60,601 bases of DNA from Ylistrum balloti (taxonomy: Eukaryota). Position 1 is the stretch's first letter, and each line of letters begins with the position of its first letter. The stretch covers positions 2,108,001 to 2,168,601 of the forward strand of contig NW_026782268.1 in NCBI RefSeq assembly GCF_031769215.1. Reading direction: 5' to 3'. The notes below the pieces were generated by a model. That model had not been told where the DNA came from. It searched no databases and saw nothing but the letters and a program-made list of their open reading frames with translations. Positions 12,903 through 24,968 of the stretch are shown here, piece after piece. Position numbers and translations under genes: made by a program.

Positions 12903-13789
12903 CTTACCTGCAGGAAATCCCACATGAATATACTGTAGGTTTAAATCGTCGTCGCATATTTAGTACTGGGACAAAGTAATAGCACGTGACATAGATTGAT
13001 ACCATAACTGTGTCAGCCAAACTTACAATGAACTATAGTCCTACCATTGTATTTGAATGGTGAAGCTTTGTATTATGATATGGGGTATTTCTCAGTCCAT
13101 TGTCAATAAAGGCTCGACAAGCTCTGTTTCTATCTTGTGTGAATATGTCATGAAAGTTACTCTCCTACTTTTAAAGATCGTTGTTTGCAATTATCGTTAC
13201 CTAGCAAAGTTTTATCAATGGAATGAATACACTACTTAAGTTATGCAAGAGTGACTTCCGTTCAACTATTGACGACACTATAAATATCACTTTAGCCTTC
13301 TTCAAAATATTTAAAAGACCTTTAGTGACCAAACTATTATCGTCATATACTGTTTATGTTAACCTTAATTTCGTCTTCAAACAATAATTGTAAACAGTTT
13401 ATTTAATGTTATTTGAAATACCTTACCGTAAGTGTATCATGAAAGCAGGACTCTCCTTAACTAAGCTTGTTGATGAATCATGATAATATACCATGGCTAT
13501 TAACGGAATGATAACTCAAAAGTGGACTGTCAAGTATTTTAAAGACGTTAACAACACCTAAACATAAAAAGAAATATCTGTCAAATTTGTGTTCAGATTC
13601 CAATATTGTGTTGTATAGAGCATTCCTCCAAGTAAAGCTATGGATTTATTTTCCAATGTGTGACAGGTGACCGATGACCTCGTACGGCTCTAGTTTATTT
13701 CTCAATGCAGTAGTTTTAGTTATGAAATTGAGATTGATTTAAATATGGAGAAAGGTAGGTCAATGCCACAATGACAATTATATTCATGG

Positions 13790-14610
13790 TCTTATGGAAA
13801 CTACGTCCCTCTGTTGGCTGACTTGTTTTTGTTTTCATACGAGGCTGAATTAATTGAAGAGCTTATCAAAACAGGTCATACTTTCACTTTCACTTTCCGA
13901 TATATTGATTACGTCTTATTTTTGAATAACCAAAAAGGATTAAACGTAAGTATAAGCATACCAGAATTGGAAATCAAATACACGACAAACTCTTCTACAT
14001 CAGCTGCTTATCTCGATCTTTTCCTACAACAAAACCAACATGGCCAGTTTTCCACCAAGCTATATGAGAAACATGATGATGATTTCAAGTTCTCTATCGT
14101 GAATTTTCTATTTCTAGATAGCAATACCCCTGCATCACCAACCTATGGTATTTATATGTAATAGTTGATTCGATTTTCAAGGGCCTGTTCCCTTTATCAC
14201 GGTCATCATGCAAGACGTCGTCAACGTCCGGACAAACTCGTAACCCAGGGTTGTACATACAGATTGACGAAATTTATGGGGAAAATTTATGGTCGCAAAG
14301 GTGATCTCATTCTGTTTCTTGATATGAAGCTGAACGTGTTTGATACTAGTTGGTTTGTCTATTGGTTCCGTTGTTGTATACCACGTTCTCATTTGAGAAT
14401 GCGTTATTACTTACTTGAATTGACCAATGATTGCATGGCATTTGCCGTCGAAGAAGCAAAAGACGCTTACTCTTCTGGAACACCCGATCTTATCCTCTAT
14501 GTATTTTTCAGGTGCGTGTAAATCTTTCTTTTGATCATATTTTGCCTTAGTTTTATGGAATTTGAGTTTTGCTTATGATTATGTTGACATAGCATTTTGC
14601 TTGGTGGTTT
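13790..14610 (+). mobile_element. Penelope-like retroelement fragment (C-terminal RT/thumb plus 3' tail), degenerate
   Basis: Translates as PLLADLFLFSYE..FRYIDYV..ELEIKYTT..SAAYLDL..TKLYEKHDD.FKFSIVNF..SNTP..YGIY..LIRFSRACS, recognised from memory as the invertebrate PLE RT C-terminus (Naiad-like clade uncertain). Contains stops and frameshifts. Confidence 0.7.
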
Positions 14611-14764
14611 TTAGTAAGGAAAAAGCCTCTTTTTATCTCAGTAAAGAAAAAAAGTGTCGTGCAGAAAACATAATATTCTCTTAAAGTTAAAGTTAAAATA
14701 CATATGACTGGGATATTTCATTGCCCACACGCAATTGTCGTTACTTCTACATGGCAATGTACAT

Positions 14765-15010
14765 TAATATGTAGCTAGGACGGCTGTGGCGGTTGTCATC
14801 TCTACAAGTCGCACTGATGAGAGGTTTCGATGTACATTGAAAATAGCTAGGCTGGTTACGGATGTAGCTATCTCTAGAGGCCACTATGATGAGATAAGGC
14901 CAATGTTTATATTGCCAGTGGCTAGGGTGACTGTGGCCATCTTCAGAGGCCACACTGATAAGATAGTGTCAATGTTTATTAACAAGTAGCTAGAGTGATT
15001 GTGAATATGG
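14765..15010. repeat. Degenerate ~70-bp tandem repeat at the end of duplication unit 1
   Basis: Motif ctctagaggccacactgatgaga...tagctagggtgactgtggc recurs at 14800, 14872 and 14941. Confidence 0.6.
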
Positions 15011-16675
15011 CCCATTGTTTTCTAAGAACACTGAACATTATAATCATGTTTACGAAGAGATTCCTTTACGTCTAGAACATTATAGGATACTTACATAGTT
15101 TTGCACGTTTATTGTCCTACATGTGGAAGGTGATGGTGTTGTACAGTATGTGTACATGTGTTCCGGTATATTTGTGTACTTCCCCAGAAGATGATGTCCT
15201 GCTCTGTGGGGTTTTCTTTGTTTTTCGAAGGTGAATTTCATTCTGCCTGTATGGAACAGTAGTAGACACGAGAAGTGCAAGGAATAAGATTTATTTTCTC
15301 GACAATTGTATATATACAGATAAAAACATTAGCTGTGCTGAGTTAATTTACGAACAAACGTATATAACAATTTATTAACAAAGCATATACGACATATCCA
15401 AGCATGGTAAAATTACACACATGTTAACAAAGCAAAACAGTTATAAACAATGTATTTGCTGACAAAATATTGATGGGACGCAGTAATAAAATTACACAAA
15501 ATATAAAACGATAGAATAGCGTTGTTTGATTTTTGGTGACAAATTAGTCATTTAAATATATCTTAGCAAAATGTGAGCCGAGAGTTCATTCCTTTATAAA
15601 TCAGATAAAACTGGACGTCTTGCTGCTTATTAAGGTAAATTCACAGTCCACTTAACTAGTAGGTGTCCTGTCACGACCATTGATCCCCTCCAATCGGTAG
15701 GGTCCCGGTGTGTACTTGGGTAGCCCAGGGCATGTGGGACTTAACAGCGATTAATAATGTAATGAATATTGCATTTAACAAACGCTTTACGATTAGAATA
15801 AAATTATTTTGATTATTAAAACAAAATCTGAAAAAAGTGGAAAGACGGCTCCCATCACTGAAATGAACAGCAGATGAAAATCGCAAAATTGACAAAATTA
15901 TAAAGAATGACTTTGTCTGCAGCTACATAAAAGTTGTCACTTATATGTAAATATAGATGTGCAGTAAACAAATAGTTTAATAACAAACACTATATCTTAG
16001 TCATTTTATGGTTGTTGTACATGTTTATGAAATCAAATATAGCCGATTTAATGTACAGAATGTACTAAAAACTACTAATAAACATGTGTCTAGTGGAAGA
16101 TTGACGTCCTTGAGAGTCCTTGGTTTTCATAAAAGAAATAACTCTAGATATTTAAACTTCCTCGTGTTTTCACAAGTAGAAATTGTACTAGCTGTCCATC
16201 CCCTAATTCCTTTCTTAAGACGTCATCTAATGATTTTTCACGAAAATTAAGTCTTTATTCCCATTGTCGATGACCTTTAACTTCAAAATATTCTCTTGTC
16301 ACATGATTGCCTTGTAATTTAGAGAATATGGCTATGTTTACGCATTATGTATTACAGTATAATATCACCTATGATATCATCAGGTTAAAATAATTAACTG
16401 ACGTCACAATCATAGATTACATTATGTCGTAACAATGGACACCCTTATCCAATTTCTGCAATATTTACCTGCATAAAACGATCATTTACTGAAAGTTATC
16501 TCAAATATATGTGATTTCCGTAACTCGTCACATTTTTTAAAATTTTTTTGTTTTTGTTTTAACGAGTCTTTAAACATTCTTAGACTCGTTACTGTAAATG
16601 TTTTTTTTATAACTTACGGAAACATTAAGCGCCATGCAAAATATAGATGGATTCTAGAAGTTTGTTTGTTTTCCT

Positions 16676-18106
16676 TTAAGCACTATCCTTAAAAAGTAAA
16701 AATGATAATATTATTTTGGCAATGATAATCAAAAGGAACACAATGAACAAGAAAATATCGCAAAAGTCCGCTATGTCTTTCCATCTAACGATAGGCTGAT
16801 CTTCTGCTGAAGAGGTCGCAACTTCCTGTTTGTTATTGCCCTCCTCCTGGGGATATTGCCTACTGCTATTAGGATGTGGAGTTATTCCTTCTCGCTTGTA
16901 TTGGTTTCCTCTTATCTCATTGTAAGGGCCTGATCTACTTTGAAACTGTCCAAACTGATTGAACTTCCAATGATATATCTTTCTGTTCTCTGTAATCGAC
17001 GACACATTTGTTGATCTGGAATTGAATTCATTTGTATATGGATTAGATAACGTGTCTGATGCATCAAATGTAGATTTTTTCTCTTTTATACGTTTGGAGC
17101 AACATCTCTTACACGAGAGACATTGGAGCCATCGTGGGACAGTTTCGTCCTCGCCTTTATGATGTAAACGTAATACCAGAATTGTACATATAGTTATCAT
17201 TGTTCCTATTGCCAGATCTGCAAGCAAGAGATAGGACATCCTTGGTATGCTTGGCTGACTGGTACTGGGTAAGCTATCAGCGATGATAGTTAAAAACACA
17301 GACATTGCTAGTAATACTGTTATAGAAAATCCAACACGTTCACCTGAATCTGCGGGAAGCAGAAAAACTAGCACATTTAAAATCCCCAGAATAGTTATCG
17401 GCACCAACATATTAACTACATGAAAAATAGGACGGCGTTGAAACTCCAATCCAAGTAAAAACAATTGGGAACCTGGTATTTCACCAACTCTAACGTAAGT
17501 GCCTCTGAGTTCCCATACACCACTGGGAGTAAATGGTGTCAGGTCCATTTCCCCACGCACGACCTGAATGAGCATTTCGTCCATCGAATACATCCAAGGT
17601 GTAAAGATGAATTCGCATCGATGAATATCGAAAGGATAATAAGTGACGTCGGCAGAACATGTGGTCTGGTACACATCTCCGGGCATCCAAAACATTGTTC
17701 CATCAAACATCACGCGGGCATTAAGCCTTTCAAATCCCAATGGTTCGATTTTCTCGTATGGCTGGGCATTAACTACTTCAGGTATCCATACCTGATTTTG
17801 TGGTATTAATAATGAATATATACCTGCATGTACATGCGGATCCCATGCCATTCTCTTGTCTTTCCATGTGAATGTGAAAATCCCAACTATCTCGAGTTTC
17901 CCTTCTTTCTCTTCAAACTCCTTAATAGATAAAAGTATAAAAGAAGAATCGACTATTGTCGGTTGTTGGACATTTTCAATAGGTCGAATGTTTCTGTTAT
18001 AATTTGTTGTTAAGTTATTGTAAAGTCTGCTATAATCATCACTATCTTGTCCTAGTGTGATTCCGTATAATGTCGACAACAACACGAAGGATATCTTAAA
18101 ATCCAT
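16676..18106 (-). CDS. Gene C: intronless nAChR-like non-alpha subunit, recent paralogue of B (476 aa)
   Basis: Same motifs as B. Differs from B at 16 residues by manual comparison. ORF is intact. Confidence 0.92.
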   Translation of the reverse strand: MDFKISFVLLSTLYGITLGQDSDDYSRLYNNLTTNYNRNIRPIENVQQPTIVDSSFILLSIKEFEEKEGKLEIVGIFTFTWKDKRMAWDPHVHAGIYSLLIPQNQVWIPEVVNAQPYEKIEPLGFERLNARVMFDGTMFWMPGDVYQTTCSADVTYYPFDIHRCEFIFTPWMYSMDEMLIQVVRGEMDLTPFTPSGVWELRGTYVRVGEIPGSQLFLLGLEFQRRPIFHVVNMLVPITILGILNVLVFLLPADSGERVGFSITVLLAMSVFLTIIADSLPSTSQPSIPRMSYLLLADLAIGTMITICTILVLRLHHKGEDETVPRWLQCLSCKRCCSKRIKEKKSTFDASDTLSNPYTNEFNSRSTNVSSITENRKIYHWKFNQFGQFQSRSGPYNEIRGNQYKREGITPHPNSSRQYPQEEGNNKQEVATSSAEDQPIVRWKDIADFCDIFLFIVFLLIIIAKIILSFLLFKDSA

Positions 18107-18984
18107 CTTACCTGCAGGAAATCCCACATGAATATACTGTAGGTTTAAATCGTCGTCGCATATTTAGTACTGGGACAAAGTAATAGCACGTGACATAGAT
18201 TGATACCATAACCGTGTCAGCCAAACTTACGATGAACTATAATCCTACCATTTTATTTGAATAGTGGAGCTTTGTATTGTGATATGGGGTATTTCTCAGT
18301 TCATTGTCAATAAAGGCTCGACAAGCTCTGTTTCTATCTTCTGTGAAAATGTCATGAAATTCACTCTCCTACTTTAAGAGATCGCTGTTTGCAATTATCA
18401 TTACCTAGCAGAGTTTATCAATGAAATGAATACACTACTTAGGTTATGAAAGAGTGACTTCCGTTCAACTATTGACGACACTACAAATATCACTTTAGTC
18501 TTCTTCAAAATATTTGAAAGACCTTTAGTGACCAAACTATTATCGTCATGTACTGTTTATGTTTACCTTAATTTCGTCTTCAAACAATAATTGTAAACAG
18601 TTTATTTAATGTTATTTGAAATACCTTACCGTAAGTGTATCATGAAATCAGGACTCTCCTTAACGAAGCTTGTTGATGAATCATGACAATATACCATGGC
18701 TATTAACGGAATGATAACTCAAAGGTGGACTGTCGAGTATTTTAAAGACGTTAACAACACCTAAAACATAAAAATAAATATCTGTCAAAGTTGTGTTCAG
18801 ATTCTAATATTGTGTTGTATAGGGCATTCCTCCAAGTAAAGCTATGGATTTATTTTCCAATGTGTAACAGGTTACCGATGACCTCGTTTATTTCTCAATC
18901 AAGTAGTTTTAGTTATGAAATTGAGATTGATTTAAATATGGAGAAAAGTAGGTCAATGCCACAATGACAATTAGATTCATAGTC

Positions 18985-19790
18985 TTATGGAAACTACGTC
19001 CCTCTGTTGGCTGACTTGTTTTTGTTTTCATGCGAGGCTAAATTAATTGAAGAGCTTATCAAAACAGGTCACACTTTCACTTTCCGATATACTGATGACG
19101 TCTTATTTTTAAATAACCAAAAAGGATTAAACGTAAGTATAAGCCTACCAGAATTGGAAATCAAATACACGACAAACTCTTCAACATCAGCTGCTTATCT
19201 CGATCTTTTCCTACAACAAAACCAACATGGCCAGCTTTCCACCAAGCTATATGAGAAACATGATGATTTCAAGTTCTCTATCGTGAATTTTCTATTTCTG
19301 GATAGCAATACCCCAGCATCACCAACCTATGGTATTTATATGTAATAGTTGATTCGATTTTCAAGGGCCTGTTCCCAATATCACAGTCTTTATGCAAGAC
19401 GTCGTCAACGTCCGGACAAACTCGTAACCCAAGGCTGCAAAAGATGCAGGTTAATGAAAATTATGGGGAAAATGTATGGTCGCAAAAGTGATCTCATACT
19501 GTTTCTTGATATGAAGCTGAACGTGGTTAATACTCGTTAGTTTGTGTATTGGTTCTGTTGTTGTATACCGCGTTCTCATTTGAGAATGCGTTATTACTTA
19601 CTTGAATTGACCAATGGTTGCATGGCATTTGCCGTCGAAGAAGCAGAAGACACTTCCTCTTCTGGAACACCTGCTCCTATCCTCCATGTATTTTTCAGGT
19701 GTCTGCGTGTAAATCTTTCTTTTGATCATATTTTGCCTTAGTTTTATGGAATTTGAGTTTTGCTTATGACTATGTTGACATAGCATTTTG
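18985..19790 (+). mobile_element. Penelope-like retroelement fragment (duplicate of 13790-14610)
   Basis: Same RT C-terminal motifs (FRYTDDV, YLDL, KLYEKHDDFKFSIVNF) and the same tail. Confidence 0.7.
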
Positions 19791-19954
19791 CTTGGTGTTT
19801 TTTAGTAAGGAAAAAGCCTCTTTTTATCTCAGTAAAGAAAAAAAAGTGTCGTGCAGAAAACATAATATTCTCTTAAAGTTAAAGTTAAAATACATATGAC
19901 TGGGATATTTCATTGCCCACACGCAATTGTCGTTACTTCTACATGGCAATTACA

Positions 19955-20295
19955 TTAATATGTAGCTAGGACGTCTGTGGCGGTTGTCATCTCTACAAGT
20001 CGCACTGATGAGATATGTTTCGATGTACATTGAAAATAGCTATCTCTAGAGGCCACACTGATGATATAAAGTCAATGTTCATATTACCAGTGGCTAGGGT
20101 GACTGTGGCCATCTTCAGAGGCCACACTGATAAGATAGTGTCAATCTTTATTAACAAGTAGATAGGGTGACTGTGAATGTAGCCATCTCTAGAGGGCTCA
20201 TTGTAATCTGACAAATATCTAAGGTGTCTAAGGCCGCAGTAATGAGACGAGGTCAGCGTACATCAACAAATAGCTAGAGTAGCTGTTAGAGCCGC
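19955..20295. repeat. Degenerate ~70-bp tandem repeat, longer version
   Basis: Motif recurs at 19991, 20044, 20113 and 20187, with a decayed unit near 20270. Confidence 0.6.
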
Positions 20296-20899
20296 ATTGT
20301 AACAAACAAAACCACCTTAATTGTACGATCGTATTGATATAAGGCTGTATATTTAAATACCGCTTTAATTGGTTCATATTTACTCATGTTATCGTGTTCA
20401 CAAAATCCCACGGTACCAGTCCCTGAATCTAGTGGATCTAATTGTAGCCTCTCATTTTGGAGTTTGCTGCTCCAACCTCACAGTAAGAGACATACGATAT
20501 ATAGGAACAGTAAATACATTTTGCTTCCTGCTGAATTTCAACAGTTGAAGCCTTCTACGTTTTAAGCAATCGTGGTAGCAAGATTGCGTTTCCGGTGTAC
20601 AAAACCATAAATCTCGATACTTTTCCTCGCTGTTGCACTCGGTTCACTGTAATATAATGATAAGTATGAAAACGGGCTTCATATCGTAAATTACACATCC
20701 TGGGCTGGGATATGTTCATCACACACTGGCATGATTCGTTTTACATAAAAGGATACATTGTAAAGATGACAGGTTAAACCCTTCTAAGTATGTGCTCTGA
20801 ACCGTGAAAGTGTTAAATCATTATGATGATCCGCTTCATGTTAAAAGGCCATTATGGACGGGTAGCATAAATATATTGGTCAAGATAAAGATCACAAAC

Positions 20900-21852
20900 A
20901 TGTTTTAGCAAGTCATTGTCAGCGCTCTAGCGGCCTAATTGTAACTTTAACATCACTATCAATTGCTGAAGCAATACATGTCCATGGCGCCTTTGCAATC
21001 TATCACACAATACTAGATGCAGAAAGTGTTGAATGTGCTATGTACTCAACATGGAGCAGCTTTGATGGTAGTTTTAAAAGGCAGACGTATCTGCCTGTCT
21101 TAAAATTATCATCCCATTATCATTATTATACACTGCATGGCACATAGATTGAAACTTGCTGTAAAAGATATAATTTCTGAGGCTCTCGACAGAAGCAATT
21201 TGAAAAAAAATGCAGAACTGCCAATGTTCTACTCAGAGTTGTAGTGACCAATTTGATTACCCATATTCTCCATGATGTGACAAACATCCTTGTATCATAT
21301 ATATACTTGTTAAGATATTTTAGTACTTACAAAAAAATGTTTGAAGTTTCATGAAAATCCCTAAAGACTTGAGGCCGCTAGAGCGCTAACAACGTTTTTC
21401 TTAAAAAAAAGAGTGGTCTCTACCTTCACACAACAACCCTGGAAATCGACCATGTCAAAGATATTATGGTCATTTGTAAATGTGTGAGGTTTGACCAAAA
21501 TCCTAAAGGGATTGAAACCGCTAGAGCACTGGCAATAACTTCCTAGAACTAGTAACGGTGACCTTGACCTTGACCCAATAACTCTTCAGCTCGATTTTGT
21601 CCAAGATGATTTGATGCGATGTTAGAGTGTAAATTATGAGTAATCTCCAAAGCCACTAGTTTGCTGACAGAATTTTTTAAGGTAGTTACAGTGGCCTTTG
21701 TATTAACAATACAACCAGGAATCTCGAACTTATCCAAGAAACTGCGATGCTTTATAAGTATATGAAGTTTGATGAGAACAGCTTAAAGAATGAAGCTACT
21801 GGAGAGGCTACAGAGCCATAACCTCCTGCTGGTTTCACCTCTGGGGGACAAA
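20900..21852 (+). mobile_element. Possible non-autonomous Helentron/HINE-like element with degenerate internal repeats
   Basis: Motifs typical of such mollusc elements: aagtttcatgaaaatcc, gccgctagagcgctaac (also inverted near 20922), tgaccttgaccttgacc, and a terminal cctcc..ggtttcacc..gggggac hairpin-like end before an A-rich run. Recognised from memory; ends are uncertain. Confidence 0.4.
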
Positions 21853-23167
21853 CAAAACAAATAAACAAATGAATCCGAATTTCTATGATAACAAATTAAA
21901 GTTTCGCGATTTGGATGTAAAAGAACATCTAATACACAGGCCTCTCACTATTTCATTGGTTTGATTTTCGCTGTCGCGGTAATGTACCGCGATTTGAGTG
22001 TATAGCACGTTTCAGTATTCTTTGAAATTGAAACTAATTTCTGAAACTAAGTGACACATGGACAAATGAAAGCAACTGTGTAATATTATATGTCTTAAAG
22101 AAAGAAAACAATCCTCTCAAACACATACGAATTTCAATAAATAGTCAGACTTCTGTGATAAACATACAGTCCCTGTAATTAATAATAACGACTGTATCCA
22201 AACAAATCGAACTCTGTTGAATGAGCTCGCTGATCTGTGATCGCAATACAAGTTAGAGTTATAGGGTTGTTACAATTGTCAAATTTTTGAGACAATCCGC
22301 TGATAGTTTTTTTTTTCAATTAAATAATGACATATAATTTCATAATAGGGAAACCATGAAAGACTAATGGGACTGAATGTTCCCTATTCACAACACAAAC
22401 ATGAGTCTGCAGAGATATTCAACAATGGAGATATGCTAAATCATAAATCTAGTGATAAAGGCCTGCTGTTAAACTAATGGGGTCTCATATTAATGAAAAC
22501 AATTACTGTTGCAATTTAGTCGCTGATTTAAAAAAACCAATTAATGTCAGAAAAACAAGACGTCATAAGTGCTGAATGGTTTTAATTTTGCAAATGATCA
22601 ATAAACGAGATTTTCAAAAAAAAAAAAAAACGAAAACAAACAAAAACAAAAACCAAAAAATCCAAAACAAAAAAAAAAAAAAAAAAAAACAGTATATCAT
22701 GTATGTATGAGCGAAGATGTACTTAAACTGATTTCATGAATATATCTCGAGGAAATTTGAGAAAATCGTGTTGTTGACTGAAGTCGAAGTATCTGGAGAT
22801 TTAATACAAATTCATCCGCTAGCCTGATGAAGCATCTATGTCTGTGAATATTATCAACTCCAGGATGACAATTGTATTCAAAACTCTTTTTTTTTTCTTT
22901 TTTTTTTTTTGAGAAAATAAACGTTGTCGAACTTGCTCTGCCACGTTAAACACCGTTTGCACGAGTACTCATTGAAGGTAGACATGTGCTCATACTTTAT
23001 TTTAGAATTTTGACAAATGCAGAAGGACAGGAAGCTTTCCGGAATGGTTTGTGGTGTTGTGACATATATGAAAGTAGTTGTATATTTTGATGTCAGCCAT
23101 TTAGTTATTTCTTGGTTAATGCAGCATTTGAACCAAACTGGTCAAAAAAGACCAGAAAAGATTACAG

Positions 23168-23395
23168 ATAGAGAAGATAGACAGACAGGTGGGCCCCTTC
23201 ACCACTGCCAACAGGCTCAGGGGACAGTTGAATGTCAATACTCCTGTTAGATATGCAGCATCTGAACCAAACCGCGTATATTGTGAGCATCCCAGGTCTG
23301 GCACCTGCCCTGAAAGTCTACATATAGAGAAGATAGACTTCTGTGTTGTCATTCAAAGCCAGCCCCTTTCACCACTGCCAACAGGCTCAGAGGAC
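23168..23395. repeat. Two-block imperfect direct repeat
   Basis: atagagaagatagac at 23168 and 23324; cccctt(t)caccactgccaacaggctcag at 23194 and 23363. Confidence 0.6.
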
Positions 23396-24968
23396 TGTGG
23401 AACGTCACTGTTCGCGTTAACCTTCATCAAATGCTTTATATCATACTTGTTTCTAAAATCAAACTATATTATTTTCCCTACCGATAATTACTGATGGCTA
23501 TATTGTTATATATGCATTTTAAAATTCCTATCGACGCACAAAAATACAATTAAAACAATGCCACCTTTCAGCTATCTGTTGTATGCCAACATTACCTTCA
23601 GTGTTGTCAATTGTTTTACCTGAAACAAGGAAGCTATTGCCTTAAAGTAAGAATAAATCATGTCTATGCTCTAAATTGCGTTTTCATGAGAAACCGTAAA
23701 ACCAGCAAGAATAGTGTCATCTAAATTAACCATATTCCAACAAACAACATAATTAAACAAATGGAAAAATGTTAAATATTTTTCTATTCATACGGGATTA
23801 ATGAAATAATCTATTTTTTTTTCTTGAATCTGATACGGAAGTGAAAAGAATTCTGCAAGATTCTATTTAAAGTATAAATAAGATACTTTATTGAACTTAT
23901 AGTTAACCCGTTCTTTGGTGACATCACCACGCATATAATACCATTATGACGTCACAATGGAAGCTCTGCTCGCTCGGTCTTATTTCATATATACACAAAC
24001 AATTTATGTATTGTGTGTTATTACACTTATAACAGGTCAGTTATGTGAATAACCTGTTTGCAACATATGTCAAACGAATAGTACACTTATCTTACAACAG
24101 AAAAATGTATAGTGATATCCAGCTATATATGGTGATAATAAAAGCAATGGGCGTCCCACCAACATACAATACACATCAAGGTGGAGATACATGGATAAAG
24201 GTAACAACACAGTAATGTAGAATAAAAGTTCTTCATCATACAACCAGTAGAAGATTTGAGTGTGGCATTTAGATGACTACCAGGTCACCTTCATCAGACA
24301 AATGGCCAGTGTGTAGTGTGCACTAGCATTGACGTACGTAGTATACGAGATGGAAAGGAATCTACCAACTTTGTTCGGTTGTACATTAATCCCATGTAAA
24401 ATAAGGTCGAAAATAGTGTGATGAAATAGCAAAACATTAAAGGCGTTGGTCTATGGGAAAAAGACACACATGCAGCAATACTTCAACGTCCGATCGCATC
24501 GCTTCCCTTTACACCAGAAGCTGTGCGTTGGATGAATTTTGCTCAACAGACGTGACACGATAAACACAAAAGAACAAGACAAAAACAAGAATAAAATCAC
24601 ATACATAGCGCCATGAAAAAAAAACCATGTAGACACCCTGATAGGGAAATCCAAGAAGTTCAAAACGACTTTGGAGAAAGCAAAGAGAAGAGTAAGAGAC
24701 GAGACACCAGGGAAAAGAACAAATTGCAAGGACAGGTTGGCATCTCTTACATCCAAAGCCTGTCAGAAACCATTCAGAGAATTTACTATGATCATGGAAG
24801 AAATAAAGTTGGTCGATTTTTTACCATCTCGTACACTGCATACGCCAGAGTTAGTACTCTTCACATTGGTAATTTGTCTGGCGAAACTGACCTTTTAGTC
24901 ATCAAAATTCTAATAATTATCACCTTAATAGCAATGAATAATTAGCAATGTCTGGTAATAGTGTTGAA

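Larger units (their letters stand above)
9768..15010. repeat. Tandem segmental duplication, unit 1 (~5.2 kb; contains gene B and a PLE fragment)
   Basis: Collinear with 15014-20180 along its whole length (offset 5170-5245), with scattered substitutions and small indels. Confidence 0.95.
15014..20180. repeat. Tandem segmental duplication, unit 2 (contains gene C and a PLE fragment)
   Basis: Collinear copy of 9768-15010. Similarity ends at about 20178 (gtgaat). Confidence 0.95.

Noticed and set aside
14810-14850. Hammerhead at CTGATGA in the ~70-bp repeats (and isolated CTGATGA/CTGACGA at 7304, 22824, 24283, 34259)
   Set aside because: No stem II followed by GAAA and no stem I/III pairing.
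4365-17809. Antisense and alternative-frame ORFs overlapping genes A-C (similar ones overlap E, F and pol)
   Set aside because: Shadows of the real coding frames with no recognisable domains.
24451-24945. ORFs of 75-110 aa downstream of gene D
   Set aside because: Purine-rich and possibly TE-derived, but no motif I can recognise in any frame.
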